Assembly (NCBI GenBank): GCA_964016885.1
Contig: OZ024742.1
Location: forward strand, 347,572,001-347,636,000
Direction: 5' to 3'
Length of the DNA: 64,000 nucleotides
DNA from: Eledone cirrhosa
Lineage: Eukaryota
In this document: piece after piece, positions 27,463 to 40,734 of the stretch
How the letters are laid out: each line of letters opens with the position of its first letter
How positions within the stretch are numbered: position 1 is the stretch's first letter
The notes under the pieces: model-generated
Told to the model about the DNA's origin: nothing
Databases searched by the model: none
What the model saw: the letters and a program-made list of their open reading frames with translations, nothing else
Program-made: the position numbers and the translations under genes

Positions 27463-27522
27463 TTCCATTTACCAGTGGTTTCTTAAAAGCAAAAGGTTTT
27501 GCTTTCAATCCTCAGAATGAAA
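27463..27522 (-). ncRNA. type I hammerhead ribozyme with intact core, in a solo pLTR-like remnant (~27360-27560)
   Basis: UUUCAUU CUGAGGA UUGAAAGCAAAA cc UUUUGCUUUUAA GAAA CCACUGG UA^ AAUGGAA. Confidence 0.85.
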
Positions 27523-27619
27523 AATCCTGGTTTGTTTATTGAATATGGATTCTAAAAACAAAAATGCAATCTATATGAAAGTGAGGCTGGAAAAGGGAAA
27601 AGGAAAGGAAAAATAAAAT

Positions 27620-28211
27620 AAAACTACACATGCAAACACACACAAAAAAACACAAAAGCATACTTACACACACATACATATATACATATACATAAATATA
27701 CGCATACACATATATATATATATACATATATATAAAGAGCGTACACCTACACACACATACACATATATACACACATATACACATACATACATTCATACAT
27801 ACACACACACACACATACACACACACATATACACACATACACACACACATATATATACACACATACATACATTCACACAAACATACAATGTACATACATA
27901 CACATACATGAATGCACTCCACTACATATTCACACACGCAAATAAATATAAGAAAAAAAAATATAAATATATATTAACAAATTTTTGACAGCGATACATG
28001 CCCCAGCTAACAGGACAGACACGCGTGGTAAGTAATACACACAAAAGCACATATACATACGTACGAAATAGTAAACACATACACACACTCTCACACATAA
28101 ATATACATATACAAATACATAAACACGTACATACACATACATACACAAACACGTACACGTATATAATATAAACACACACATGTATATGTAATTATATACA
28201 CACACACACAC

Positions 28212-28250
<39 letters not shown>
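27620..28250. repeat. (CA/TA) compound microsatellite
   Basis: Direct inspection. Confidence 0.9.
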
Positions 28251-28252
<2 letters not shown>

Positions 28253-28799
28253 AAGTTATATTTAAAATTGTTGGGTTACAACTAGTAAATATTTATAACT
28301 GATATAAAAGCACTCGACAAATATTTGGAGTATATTTACAATATTAAATAAATGGAAAACTATATTTATAAAACCATATTTATTTCATTATATATATTTC
28401 GGGGATATCATATTAACAATATGTTATGCCTTCATCAGACAAAATACAATATAAACAGTTTTATAGATAAATATATTCGACATACCGTAATAAACATCAA
28501 CTTCATTTGAAGAGGTTTACTCTAGCAGTGAAAATACAGAGAGAAAGAAAGAGAGAAAGAAAAGAGGGAAAAAAGAAAGAAAGAAAGACAAAACGAAGAA
28601 GAGGAAGAAAAAGAAGAAAAAGAAAAAGAAGAAATGCATGGGACAAAATAGAGAGATGGAAAAATAGATAAAGCGAAGAGCTTCATGTAAAGAGACAGAA
28701 AGAGATATATATATAGAGAGAGAGAGGAAATAGAGATAGATACATATATATATATAGAAAATTAGGTAGTGGGAGGTCAATAGCAATTTTGACATAACT

Positions 28800-30077
28800 A
28801 TGGGATCCTCCGACATAACTATGGGATCCTCCGACTCAGCTCAGGTAACTGACCTTGTGGGCTTATTTTTAATCAATTCGCTACATAGGAAAATACCTGG
28901 TACTACCGGAGGTTTATATAGGGATGACATGCTTTTACTTATTAATAATAATAACCCTGAACTAAATAGAAAATGTAAACAAATTACAAAATTTTTTAAT
29001 TACTTTAACCTTAAAATAGAAATTGAGAACAACCATAGAATAGTCAATTTCCTAGATATAACATTAAATCTCAACACATGTCTCCACTATCCTTTTCACA
29101 AGTTGAATGAAAACTTAAACTATGTCAACTTTAACTCTAACCACCCCAGATCTGTCAAAAACACTATAGTAAACTCAGTCCAAAAACGTATCTCTAGGAT
29201 TTCGTCGAATAGAAAGATTTTTGACGAAAAGGCCCAATACTATAATGATGCACTAGCTAGGGCAGGGTATGCTGATAAGATTGTGTACATAGATAATGAT
29301 AGACAAACTAAACAAAGTAACAACTTTTTTAATTACGGCAACAACATTAACAACTATAATAGAAAGCATTACAATAATTCCAAAGGACAAAAAAGAAATA
29401 GAACTAGGAACATAATTTGGTTTGCCCCCCCTTTCTCACTAAACATTAAAACCCACATCGCTAAATTATTTTTCAAAGCTCTTGATAATCGCTTCCCTAG
29501 AACACATAGGTATCACTCAATCTTCAATAGGCATACAATTAAATTAACCTACTCATCCACCAAAAATTTAGCACAAAATATTAATAGAATAAATAATAGG
29601 AACTTAAAACCTACTGATAATAGCATAAATAATATACAAGTTAACAAATGTAACTGTAGAGATAGATCTAAATGTCCGTTAAATAACAACTGCTTAGTTA
29701 AAAATATAGTATACAATTGTAATGTTAATACTGACTCTAATTCTTTTAACTACGTCGGTTCCACATCGACGGAATTTAAACTTCGCTATAATAACCACAA
29801 GAATTCTTTCACAGATCCAAATAAAAAATCTTCAACGGCACTATCAGGGGTACTCTGGCAACTTAAGCTAGATAACGTTAGATATTCGACGGCTTGGAAT
29901 ATAGTCTCAAGAGGGATTCCTTTTAATTCATCCTCTGAGACATGTGACCTCTGCGCAGAGGAGATATTCTTTATACTAAAATCTAAAAATTCCCTTAACC
30001 TACGGACAAATTTATTCAGTTGTTGCAAACATAGATTAAACTCAACGTTTAAATATAAATTTAAATTTAAAATGTAG
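28800..30077 (+). CDS. 5'-truncated Penelope RT plus C-terminal GIY-YIG endonuclease
   Basis: MGSSDSAQVTDLVG, GLYRDD, CNCx5Cx5C linker, IVY..YVG, CDLC, CKH. Confidence 0.92.
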   Translation: MGSSDITMGSSDSAQVTDLVGLFLINSLHRKIPGTTGGLYRDDMLLLINNNNPELNRKCKQITKFFNYFNLKIEIENNHRIVNFLDITLNLNTCLHYPFHKLNENLNYVNFNSNHPRSVKNTIVNSVQKRISRISSNRKIFDEKAQYYNDALARAGYADKIVYIDNDRQTKQSNNFFNYGNNINNYNRKHYNNSKGQKRNRTRNIIWFAPPFSLNIKTHIAKLFFKALDNRFPRTHRYHSIFNRHTIKLTYSSTKNLAQNINRINNRNLKPTDNSINNIQVNKCNCRDRSKCPLNNNCLVKNIVYNCNVNTDSNSFNYVGSTSTEFKLRYNNHKNSFTDPNKKSSTALSGVLWQLKLDNVRYSTAWNIVSRGIPFNSSSETCDLCAEEIFFILKSKNSLNLRTNLFSCCKHRLNSTFKYKFKFKM

Positions 30078-30476
30078 TATATTTAGTTTGATTTATATTT
30101 ATATGAGAACTAGCCGATAAATCTTTTGATTCCTAAATCTTTGATTCCCTCTTTTTACTCTTTCTATTGTTTATTTTATTTTATTTATTTTTATTTTTTA
30201 TTATTTTTTTATTATTTTTTATTATTTTTTATCTAAACATTCCTCATGAAAAATTAAGCTACCCTAAAAGCCGATGCTCCAAATTTTTTTGAATTAACCT
30301 TACACTAGATAAACTTCTATATTAAATATAGGAACTTATGTAGACATTATTGGACATCATAATCTTTTTTTGCGATATTCTTTGCTAGATGTGATTTGAT
30401 AGATAATTTTTGGCTTTGTCTTGTAATGAACTTGGCAATATATTGTCAATTAACTTTGAAGGGTTGTTCTTTGTGG

Positions 30477-30685
30477 TTTATTTTTATTTTATTTTTATTT
30501 TTATTTTTATTTTTATTTTTATTTTTATTTTTATTTTTATTTTTATTTTTATTTTTATTTTTATTTTTATTTTTATTTTTATTTTTATTTTTATTTTTAT
30601 TTTTATTTTTATTTTTATTTTTATTTTTATTTTTATTTTTATTTTTATTTTTATTTTTATTTTTATTTTTATTTTTATTTTTATT
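30477..30685. repeat. (TTTTTA)n hexamer array in the Penelope 3' region
   Basis: Direct inspection. Confidence 0.95.
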
Positions 30686-31347
30686 CTTTTAGTATTGTAG
30701 TATTCTATAATATTTTTATTTTTTATTTTATTTTTTTATTTTATTTTTAATATTTTTATATGTAAATTTTTAATACGTAATATTTTTTAATACGTAGTAT
30801 TTTAATATGCAATATTTTTATTATGTAATATTCTTTCGTAATATATTTTTTTTTAGTTTTCTATTCTATATTTTTATATATTTTTACTTATTATTATTAT
30901 TATTATTGTTATCTTTGTTTATAATATAATATATATTTTCGATTAGTATATTGAAATCTGCTCTCTATTTCTGCTTGATAGATAATCTTGTAGAGTAATC
31001 GCAAGAATAATAATACGCTCAAATTTTTATACCACACTGAGAATGTTTTCCGGTAACTAAAAGTTTGCAGAGTGAATCAGTTGGATTCACATTGATGTTT
31101 GTAGCTGTCACATAAACATATGAATTTTTTAAAACTAAACATAAGATAATGAATTTTCACACATTGTGAATACTTGTTTCATTCAGGAATACTGATATTT
31201 ACAATATAGTGTAAGTTTTATAAATACTAATACATTAAAACATAGGGTTTTCTACGCCTCGAATATGTCTGGCTATTTTTAAATTTTTTTCTCTCTCTAT
31301 ATCTCTCTATATCTCTCTATATATCTCCCTTACATTATTACTTGAGC

Positions 31348-31382
<35 letters not shown>

Positions 31383-31743
31383 ATGTATCATTGATACACT
31401 TACTCAAAATGACCTCCCACTACCTAATTTTCTATATATATATATGTATCTATCTCTATTTCCTCTCTCTATATATATATATATCTCTTTCTGTCTCTTT
31501 ACATGAAGCTCTTCGCTTTATCTATTTTTCCATCTCTCTATTTTGTCCCATGCATTTCTTCTTTTTCTTTTTCTTCTTTTTCTTCCTCTTCTTCGTTTTG
31601 TCTTTCTTTCTTTCTTTTTTCCCTCTTTTCTTTCTCTCTTTCTTTCTCTCTGTATTTTCACTGCTAGAGTAAACCTCTTCAAATGAAGTTGATGTTTATT
31701 ACGGTATGTCGAATATATTTATCTATAAAACTGTTTATATTGT

Positions 31744-31808
31744 ATTTTGTCTGATGAAGGCATAACATATTGTTAATATGATATCCCCGAAATATATATA
31801 ATGAAATA
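31744..31808 (+). ncRNA. type I hammerhead in pLTR (inverted twin ~28381-28447)
   Basis: UAUUUUGU CUGAUGA [31-nt imperfect stem II] GAAA UAUAUA UA^ AUGAAAUA. Confidence 0.75.
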
Positions 31809-32129
31809 AATATGGTTTTATAAATATAGTTTTCCATTTATTTAATATTGTATATATATATATATATATATATACATACAAAATATAAAAATATATAAAC
31901 GCACACACATATATAAATACGTAAACACACATATACATACATAGCTAAACAATTATACACATGCAAATACGTATATATCAAAAGAACGCACAACCAAATA
32001 CAAACACACACACATACACACACACACCCAGACACACACCCACACATACATAAAAATAAATAAATACACACGCACACATATACATACATACACATACACA
32101 TATATACATATACATATATACATACATAC

Positions 32130-32164
<35 letters not shown>

Positions 32165-32254
32165 CATACACATATATATATATATATATATACACACATA
32201 CACGCATACATACACACATGCATACACATACACACACACATATACATGTGTGTA

Positions 32255-32483
32255 TGTGTAAAGCTCAGTATTAATAAGACAAATGAACCTTACATAAACG
32301 TATATATAGTAGTAAAGTAATAAAGCCATACAAGGCAATTAATCCATTCACCAGAGGTTTCTTAAAAGCAAAAAAAGTTTCCTTCAATCTTCATAATGAA
32401 AAAAGCCTGGTTTATCCACATATACATACAAATACACACACAAATATACAATTATATACACACATACAGACACGCACACACAC

Positions 32484-32554
<71 letters not shown>

Positions 32555-34050
32555 AACATATACGTACATATATACATACATACACACATATATATACACA
32601 CAAAAATACATACACATACACATAGGTATGTGAAGGGCAAAACAAAAAGAATATATGGGGGGGGGCTAAGAGGAGGTAAAAATATAAGGGGAGGTAAAGG
32701 AGAAAAAAATGTTTAAATATACAGGAGTACAGAAGGTAGAATCAGCAAAATAAAAACCGTAGCAAAAGTAAAGAGCAGAGAAGGAGTTCAAGGCGGTTGA
32801 TTTATCGTAGGAGTGTCAATCCAGTTACAGATCAGATGCGATTTCAGATGAGGACAGCATCTGAAGATCTCAGTCTTTGAGTTAAGGCAAGCGGAAGTGG
32901 CTCTCAGGTTTAGCAAAATCCTATACTTTTCTGTGGTACACAAAGAACAATTCTTTGTGCCCCTTTGGTACTCCCTCGAATGGTCTAATATAGACCAATC
33001 AATAGAGTACGGGATATTACTATCCTTGAGATCCCATACCTTACTTGCGAGGGCCGTTGATGTTCGTTTATCTGAGTGTTTAAAAGAAGCGACATGTGAG
33101 TAAAATCTGGTTTTAAACCTGTCCTGGGTCATACCGACATATCGCTCACTTCTGGCTGGCTGGTTGTTGATAACTGGCGTTATCTTAGCCTCATAAACGA
33201 CAGATTTTGTGTTACATTTACCCTGCAATGGGCATTCATCCGGCTTCCTGCAACTGCATCCTGGATTTATCCTCGTACGGTTTGAACTGGTGATTTTGGA
33301 CTTCATGGATGGGCAACAAGAGTAGCTGATCTTAACTACATTCCTATTAAAAATCTTATAATATCTATGAATAGGAGGAAAATGTTTGTCTAATAGTTCA
33401 AGGAATTTCCTTCCTACATTAGTTTTGACATTTAGAGAGAAGGGGGGGGGGGGTGAACCAAATAATCTTCCTTTTCCTGTTATTATGGTTAGTTTTAGGG
33501 GGGGGGGGAGTAGGTAAATAAGAAATATTTTCTGTAAAACCGCTGTTCTTAAGGGCTTTATTATAATAAGGGGCGGCTTTATTAAAAATGTCTATAGACG
33601 AAGATAAGGTAGAAATCCTACGGCTAATGTTAGGAATAAGATTATTAAAAACTATAGGGGGATGGCAAGACTCTTTGTGTATATACCTAAGATTTTCATT
33701 AGGTTTATGATAGGGTTTAAAAGAGGCAGTAAGTAGATCAAGATTAATATCAAGAAAGTTAGCATTAGTAACGTTCGTATCTATAGTAATTTTAAGGTTA
33801 AGATTAGCAAAGGTACTAATTAAATCATTACGGAATTTATCAAGATTATGGCCGTTGGTGGTATGAGAAACTGCTAATCCGTCATCACGGTATAAACCGA
33901 TATTATGGGACGGAAATTTCTCTTTGAGTGTGTGGAGAAGGAATAATCCTACTAAGTCGCACACATCCGCACTGTCATAGGAACCCATTGCAACATCGAA
34001 AGAGTTTTCAGGGTTTGACTTTTTAACCCAAATATTATCATTAGTAAAAA

Positions 34051-34052
<2 letters not shown>
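32255..34052 (-). mobile_element. Penelope-like element 2, 5'-truncated at (TA)n and frameshifted
   Basis: RT 33419-33988 (MGSYDSADVCDLVG, YRDDGL), frameshift at a G-run near 33442-33453, GIY-YIG 32788-33306, decayed hammerhead 32343-32401. Confidence 0.92.
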
Positions 34053-34098
<46 letters not shown>

Positions 34099-34304
34099 GT
34101 GGGGTGGTGGTGGTAAAAATCTGAAAAATTAATTAGTGGGCGCGGGGCTGATTATTTGAGACCCAAGTGTACTCAATACTATTTTATACCTATGTCTATA
34201 ACCTACTCAATACTATTATGCAGCTATGTCTATAACCTACTCCATCACTATTATATAGCTATACTATTATATAGCTATGTCTTTAACCTACTCCATGAGT
34301 TTCA

Positions 34305-34445
34305 TCAAATCTTCTCAGTCATTGTCATCGACTTCAAGAAGGCTTTTGACAGCATCCACCGAAAGTTTCTATGGGAGATCACTAATGTTTATGGTACCAA
34401 AGAACAGTCCCTCAACATCTTTCAGAGTGTTTATGAAAGCTCTAG
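34305..34445 (+). mobile_element. small LINE RT fragment
   Basis: VIVIDFKKAFDSIHRKFLWEITNVYG. Confidence 0.65.
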
Positions 34446-34468
34446 CTGATTTTCAGCCATATAATTCG

Positions 34469-35470
34469 TGTAGGTGTCATATCAAAAAGCACCCAGTACT
34501 CACTGTAAAGTGATCATGTAGGTGTCATGACAAAAAGCACCCAGTACTCACTGTAAAGTGGTCATGTAGGTGTCATATCAAAAAGCACCCAGTATTCACT
34601 GTAAAGTGGTCATGTAGGTGTCATGACAAAAAGAGCCCAGTACTCACTGTAAAGTGGTCATGTAGGTGTCATGACAAAAAGAGCCCAGTACTCACTGTAA
34701 AGTGGTCATGTAGGTGTCATGACAAAAAGAGCCCAGTACTCACTGTAAAGTGGTCATGTAGGTATCATAACAAAAAACACCCAGTATCCACTGTAAAGTG
34801 GTCATGTAGGTGTCATGACAAAAAGCACCCAGTACTCACTGTAAAGTGGTCATGTAGGTATCATAACAAAAAGCACCCAGTATTCACTGTAAAGTGGTCA
34901 TGTAGGTGTCATAACAAAAAGCACCCAGTACTCACTGTAAAGTGGTCATGTAGGTATCATAACAAAAAGCACCCAGTATTCACTGTAAAGTGGTCATGTA
35001 GGTGTCATAACAAAAAGCACCCAGTACTCACTGTAAAGTGGTTATGTAGGTGTCATGACAAAAAGCACCCAGTATTCACTGTAAAGTGGTCATGTAGGTG
35101 TCATGACAAAAAGAGCCCAGTACTCACTGTAAAGTGGTCATGTAGGTGTCATAACAAAAAGCACCCAGTACTCACTGTAAAGTGGTCATGTAGGTGTCAT
35201 GACAAAAAGAGCCCAGTACTCACTGTAAAGTGGTCATGTAGGTGTCATAACAAAAAGCACCCAGTACTCACTGTAAAGTGGTCATGTAGGTGTCATGACA
35301 AAAAGAGCCCAGTACTCACTGTAATGTGGTCATGTAGGTGTCATGACAAAAAGAGCCCAGTACTCACTGTAAAGTGGTCATGTAGGTGTCATGACAAAAA
35401 GAGCCCAGTACTCACTGTAAAGTGTTCATGTAGGTTTCATGACAAAAAGAGCCCAGTACTCACTGTAAAA
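34469..35470. repeat. 48-bp minisatellite (~21 units) inside an RTE-type 3' tail that ends in (GAT)n near 35630
   Basis: Unit GTAGGTGTCATGACAAAAAGCACCCAGTACTCACTGTAAAGTGGTCAT. Confidence 0.93.
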
Positions 35471-36059
35471 TGCGGTTGGTGTTAGGAATGGCATCCGGCC
35501 ATAGAAACCAAGCCAAATCAGTTCTGTATGAGCAAGACATGGTCACCTGGTCTGGCCTATCTCACAACAGGACAACTTGTCTAACCCATGCTAGCGTGGA
35601 AAATGGCCGTTAAACAATGATGATGATGACGTGTTTGTAGTTTATGTCTTATAACTAGCAGTTTGACAAACAAGAACCAGACTTGGAAAAAAATGCTAAG
35701 TAGTGGGGGAGGGGGTCAATGTGACCCAGCTAAATGATGGTGAGGCTCCAGCATGACCACAGATTTAATCACTGAAGCTAGTAAAAGAATGACAAGTAGA
35801 TAACAGGTTAGACAGCCATGTATAATAGTTTGATGAACTCAAGGTTTAATTTCCTGTGTTGTTTTGTCTACCATGAGGAGGGGGGGGAGGGGCTTGGAAA
35901 TATTCAGACTAAAATGAAAGTCATTTATTTTAAATAATAAAAAATAAAATAATTACAATTATCTCTTTACACACTGTTGACAGCTTTTTCTTCATCTCTC
36001 ACATCACATACAACCACATCCTCCCCCACCCCACACACATGTGTGCGTCTGTGGGCATG

Positions 36060-36455
<396 letters not shown>

Positions 36456-36457
36456 TA

Positions 36458-36620
36458 TCATCATCATCATCATCATCCAACTTCCACGCTAGCATGAATA
36501 GGACAGGCTGTCCCTTTGTGAAAGATCAGGTCGGGACCGTGATTTGCTCACACAGAACTGATTTTGACTTTGGTTTCTACAGTTGGATGCCCTTCCTAAC
36601 ACAGTTGGATGCTTTTTGTC
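36458..36620 (-). mobile_element. RTE-type 3' tail fragment
   Basis: (CAT)n, CCACGCTAGCATG, GGATGCCCTTCCTAAC. Confidence 0.7.
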
Positions 36621-36805
36621 AGAGATATATGTAGATAGAGATATATGTATCATCAGCACTGTTTAACATACATTTTTCCATGCTGGCATGGGCTAGACAT
36701 ATATAGATATATGTATGTAAAAAGTAAACAGAAATAACCAAGCAAACAACACAGTACATTGAAGAAATATATTATCAGTTTAACGTTTCAAATAGCAGGA
36801 AAAGA

Positions 36806-36843
36806 GTCTTAACGTTTCGGACATTAGTCCTTCATCAGAAGAT
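36806..36843 (-). ncRNA. minimal hammerhead ribozyme
   Basis: UCUU CUGAUGA a GGAC uaau GUCC GAAA CG UU^ AAGA. Confidence 0.7.
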
Positions 36844-37224
36844 AGAAATAGAAGTAAAAGATAAAATAGAAAGATAAAGAGTGAGAAGAGGAAGGAACAA
36901 GAAAAATTAGAAAATATACACGTGTGTATTCATACACATATATATGTGTATGTGTGTGTCTGTCTATATATATATATGCATGTGTGGTCCTGTAACTTCT
37001 GGGGAAGTCATAGGGGTGCTGTACTGACATAGGGTGTTTCTAGGGCATTTTTAAGCCTGGTGGAGCCCATCTCCTCTCCAGGTCTGAATACAACAGATTT
37101 CTTCCAGAAAAGGATAAAGTGTGAGCAAGAGATATAGAGGAAGAATCAACCCCATTACCTGACTGGTACATTTTTTTATTAACATCGGATGGATGAAAGT
37201 TGACCACACACACATATATGTGTG

Positions 37225-37402
37225 ACCACAGTTAATAAAGGCACTCAAAATGTTAGTAGAGTATAGGCATCTTTATTTCATATAGAAATGGCTTCTACAG
37301 AACTAGAACTGTTTCATTCTTATGAAATCATCAAATAAATACTTTCCTGATTATTTCATACAATTGAAATAGTTCTAGTCCTGTAGAAGTCATTTCTATA
37401 TA
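37225..37402. mobile_element. tiny pLTR-like palindrome plus tail with decayed hammerhead cores
   Basis: Arms about 37281-37330 and 37345-37401; tail motif GCACTC..GAGTA. Confidence 0.55.
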
Positions 37403-37413
37403 ACATATATATA

Positions 37414-37509
37414 CAGGGTGTCCCCAAAAAATGTGTGTACACTTCAACAGCATTTTATCAAATATTGCCTGTAGAGGTAATGAAAGTATACATTTTTGGG
37501 GACATGCTG
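37414..37509. mobile_element. Tc1/mariner-type MITE
   Basis: TA|CAGGGTGTCCCCAAAAA...TTTTTGGGGACATGCTG|TA. Confidence 0.75.
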
Positions 37510-37530
37510 TATATATATATATATATATAT

Positions 37531-37748
37531 ATCATCATCATCATCACGTCCCTTTTTCCACACTAGCATGGGTTAGACAAGTTGTCCTGTTGTGAGATAG
37601 GCGAGGTCAGATGACCATGTATTGCTCTTACAGAACTAATTTTGGCTTGGTTTCTACGGTTGTATGCCCTTCCTAATGCCAACCACTTTACACTGTGTAC
37701 TGGGCACTTTTTGTCATGGCACCTACACAACCACTTTACAGTGTGGGA
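37531..37748 (-). mobile_element. RTE-type 3' tail fragment
   Basis: (CAT)n plus tail similar to the reverse complement of 35470-35630. Confidence 0.75.
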
Positions 37749-37977
37749 TATATATATATATATAAACGATGATGATGATGATATAAAGTCTGTGGTGCCG
37801 AGATCAAGGAGACCACAAATTAGGGGAGGAATCTATGCATGGGAAGAAGCAAAGTGGGTATAATGGAAGGTATAAACAAGACTGCGAGGCCTATCAGTTT
37901 CAGCAAGCCTTTTTCAATAGTGTACTTGAAAAGGCTTGCTGAATAAAAGTTGAAACCACTTGTCTTGCGGTTAGGTT

Positions 37978-40309
37978 TGTAGTGACCTACATTCCGCGGG
38001 CTCACATACATTCTCTGTGCGTGATTTGGCTCAGCTCAGCCAATCAACGCCAGTAGAGGAGGATGTATCCCTACGCGCCCTGAGGGAGAAATTCCCCGCG
38101 AAGATTTGAAGAATCTCTCTCTCGCACCCGGAACTTCAAATCAGCAACACGTACAACATGTGACGGTGAGATTTTGCACTTTGGCCTGCCGGCTTTCTTT
38201 GGGCCTGGCACAATGGCACATTCTTTTTTGTAACCTCATTTTATGTGTAACTTCAACCATACAAGTTAACAAACATTATTTGTGCTACAACAAAAATAAA
38301 CATACATTTCATCTCTAATTTCTGCTGTTGACATCATTATTATGTTACTCGTGTCTCAATAACATTTATATACCTATGCTGCTAAAAGTGGTGACCCCAA
38401 CGTGATGAATATTTTCAGTTCAAAATATTCCCTTTGAAGTGAGATTAAAATTGGCCGTGTATGTATAAAAAAAAAAAAATTTACGCCACGAGGAAATTTC
38501 AAAACGGCTACCACCAAGTACTTCTCTACTACCAGCCATCAGCAGCAACACATGGCTAACTACTAACCAACACCAGGGAATGGCGATGTGGCAGCTTGTA
38601 ACTTTACCGACGCAACCACCATACCTTCTGTCTCGTTACCACAAGGACTCGAGAAATTAAGACATCAGTCTTCTCACCACTATGGCGTCAGACGTGACTG
38701 CCATATTGGTGACTCTAGGTTCTTCAACGCTCGACTTCGATTCTACAGAAGATTCATTGTGACTTTGCTTTAACAACAACTCTACTAGCTCCCTAGTAAG
38801 AGCGATCCCAAAGAAATTTCAGGGAAAAGAAAAGCGAACTTTTTGTTAAAAGAAAAGAAACAATTCTTTCTTTCTTCCTTTTTTTTTTCAGGCATTTGTT
38901 TTGGACATTTATTTTTTTTAAACTGTATTATATGGAAATTCATTTTTTTCTATCATTGTATATATGACTGCACCCACACATATTCTTTGCTGTATTACAT
39001 GCCTGCATATGCACACATTTCTTTGTCACCGACCAACATGTTGTTGTTCTTAGTATATGTTCTTCAAACGTAGTATTCTGCGAGATCCCTTTTCACCTGG
39101 TTGAGGTGCCGTCACATGCTAGCGACTCATAAGAGCTTAATTCACCTGGATTCAAACAGGCACCGCAACACGAGAATGCTAATTGCAGCTGAACTCAAAC
39201 AGTTTCGCATCTCGTTGCACACTCATCGTCCATAACAACCTCCATCTTGTTACCTTACCCAATTCACTGGGAAAACAACAAATAGAACTGGACTTGTCAG
39301 CATTTCCACCACTTCTGTGGATTCGCCCGAATTATGGAATTGACACTGCAACTACTACCCACCTACAGATTCAACTTGCTTTTTTTCTTTTCAAAGCAAC
39401 CAGCCATTTTTTCCTGGCTCCCTAGCACTTTCGGCAATACATCTGGGAGGCCAACATTTTCTCGCCTACCCATCATCTTCTTGCCAGCACTGGTAAACTA
39501 CCATAATAGCTTCATCCACAGCTACTGGTACAACGCTTGCCATTAACATTTAATGCAAGAACACCAACTTCGCCCAAGTCAGACTTTATCCGTTTTCTGT
39601 TAGACCTTTGGTGGTCACGTATAAACTACAAAACAGCTAGTCATTTGACACAGCGGCTCAACACGGCCCTTAACGCCTCATTTTTTTTCTTGCATGCATC
39701 CTTCTGCTCAATTATTTTTTCACTGATGTGCTCTTTCAGCATTTTTTCCTGCTGATTCAATAATCTGTATCGTCTTACGTCTAGAGGGGGACTATTGTAG
39801 TGACCTACATTCCTCGGGCTCACATACATTCTCTGTGCGTGATTTGGCTCAGCTCAGCCAATCAACGCCAGTAGAAGAGGATGTATCCCTACGCGCCCTG
39901 AGGGAGAAATTCCCCGCGAAGATTTGAAGAATCTCTCTCTCGCACCCGGAACTTCGAATCAGCAACACGTACAACATGTGACGGTGAGATTTTGCACTTT
40001 GGCCTGCCGGCTTTCCTTGGGCCTGGCACAATGGCACATTCCCTTTTGTAACCTCATTTTATGTGTAACTTCAACCATACAAGTTAACCAACATTATTTG
40101 TCGAGGTTAACTTTGCCTTTCATCCTTACGGGGTCGATAAAATAAAGTACCAGTAATGTACTGGGTAATTGCTGGCCTTGTGCCAAAAAGTAGAAACAAT
40201 TATTTGTGCTACAACAAAAATAAACATACATTTCATCTCTAATTTCTGCTGTTGACATCATTATTATGTTACTCGTGTCTCAATAACATTTATATACTAC
40301 GCTGCTAAA
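37978..40309 (+). mobile_element. non-autonomous LTR element A
   Basis: LTRs 37978-38386 and ~39796-40309, TSD GGTT, PBS TGGTGACCCCAACGTGAT (tRNA-Trp), PPT AGAGGGGG; 97-bp SINE insertion in the 3' LTR. Confidence 0.93.
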
Positions 40310-40344
40310 GGTTTATACCTTCCATTATATGTATATGTGTGTGT

Positions 40345-40530
40345 GGTTTGGCAGTATCGGTAAAGGGTCGGACGCCATGCTTTGCAGGAAAGAGTTACGG
40401 CCCTTTATGGTCTGAGTTCAAATCCCGCCGAGGTCAACTTTTCCTTACATCCTTACGGGGTCGATAAAATACAGTACCAGTAATGTAATGAGTAATTGCT
40501 GGCCTTGTGCCAAAAGTAGAAACAATTATA
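40345..40530 (+). mobile_element. tRNA-derived SINE with Nin-like domain
   Basis: GAGTTCAAATCCCGCCGAGGTCAAC..CATCCTTACGGGGTCGATAAAAT; inverted copy at 47325-47517. Confidence 0.8.
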
Positions 40531-40682
40531 TATATACTAACAGAATGGCCCGGCGTTGCTCGGAATATGCTCTAGGGTTCTTATATATTTGATATATATT
40601 TATCCTTCTCGAGCCTCGTGAAATAAATACGTTTGTTTATATTTTGTTATTGTGTATGCAAAAATATCTGTACACGAATATA

Positions 40683-40730
<48 letters not shown>

Positions 40731-40734
<4 letters not shown>

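Larger units (their letters stand above)
28252..31852 (+). mobile_element. Penelope-like element 1 with inverted pLTRs
   Basis: ~443-bp inverted arms 28337-28779 and 31410-31852, tail 28252-28336, (TA)n flanks. Confidence 0.93.

Noticed and set aside
28517-28816. Twin hydrophobic ORFs (also 31391-31672)
   Set aside because: Low-complexity pLTR arm translated twice.
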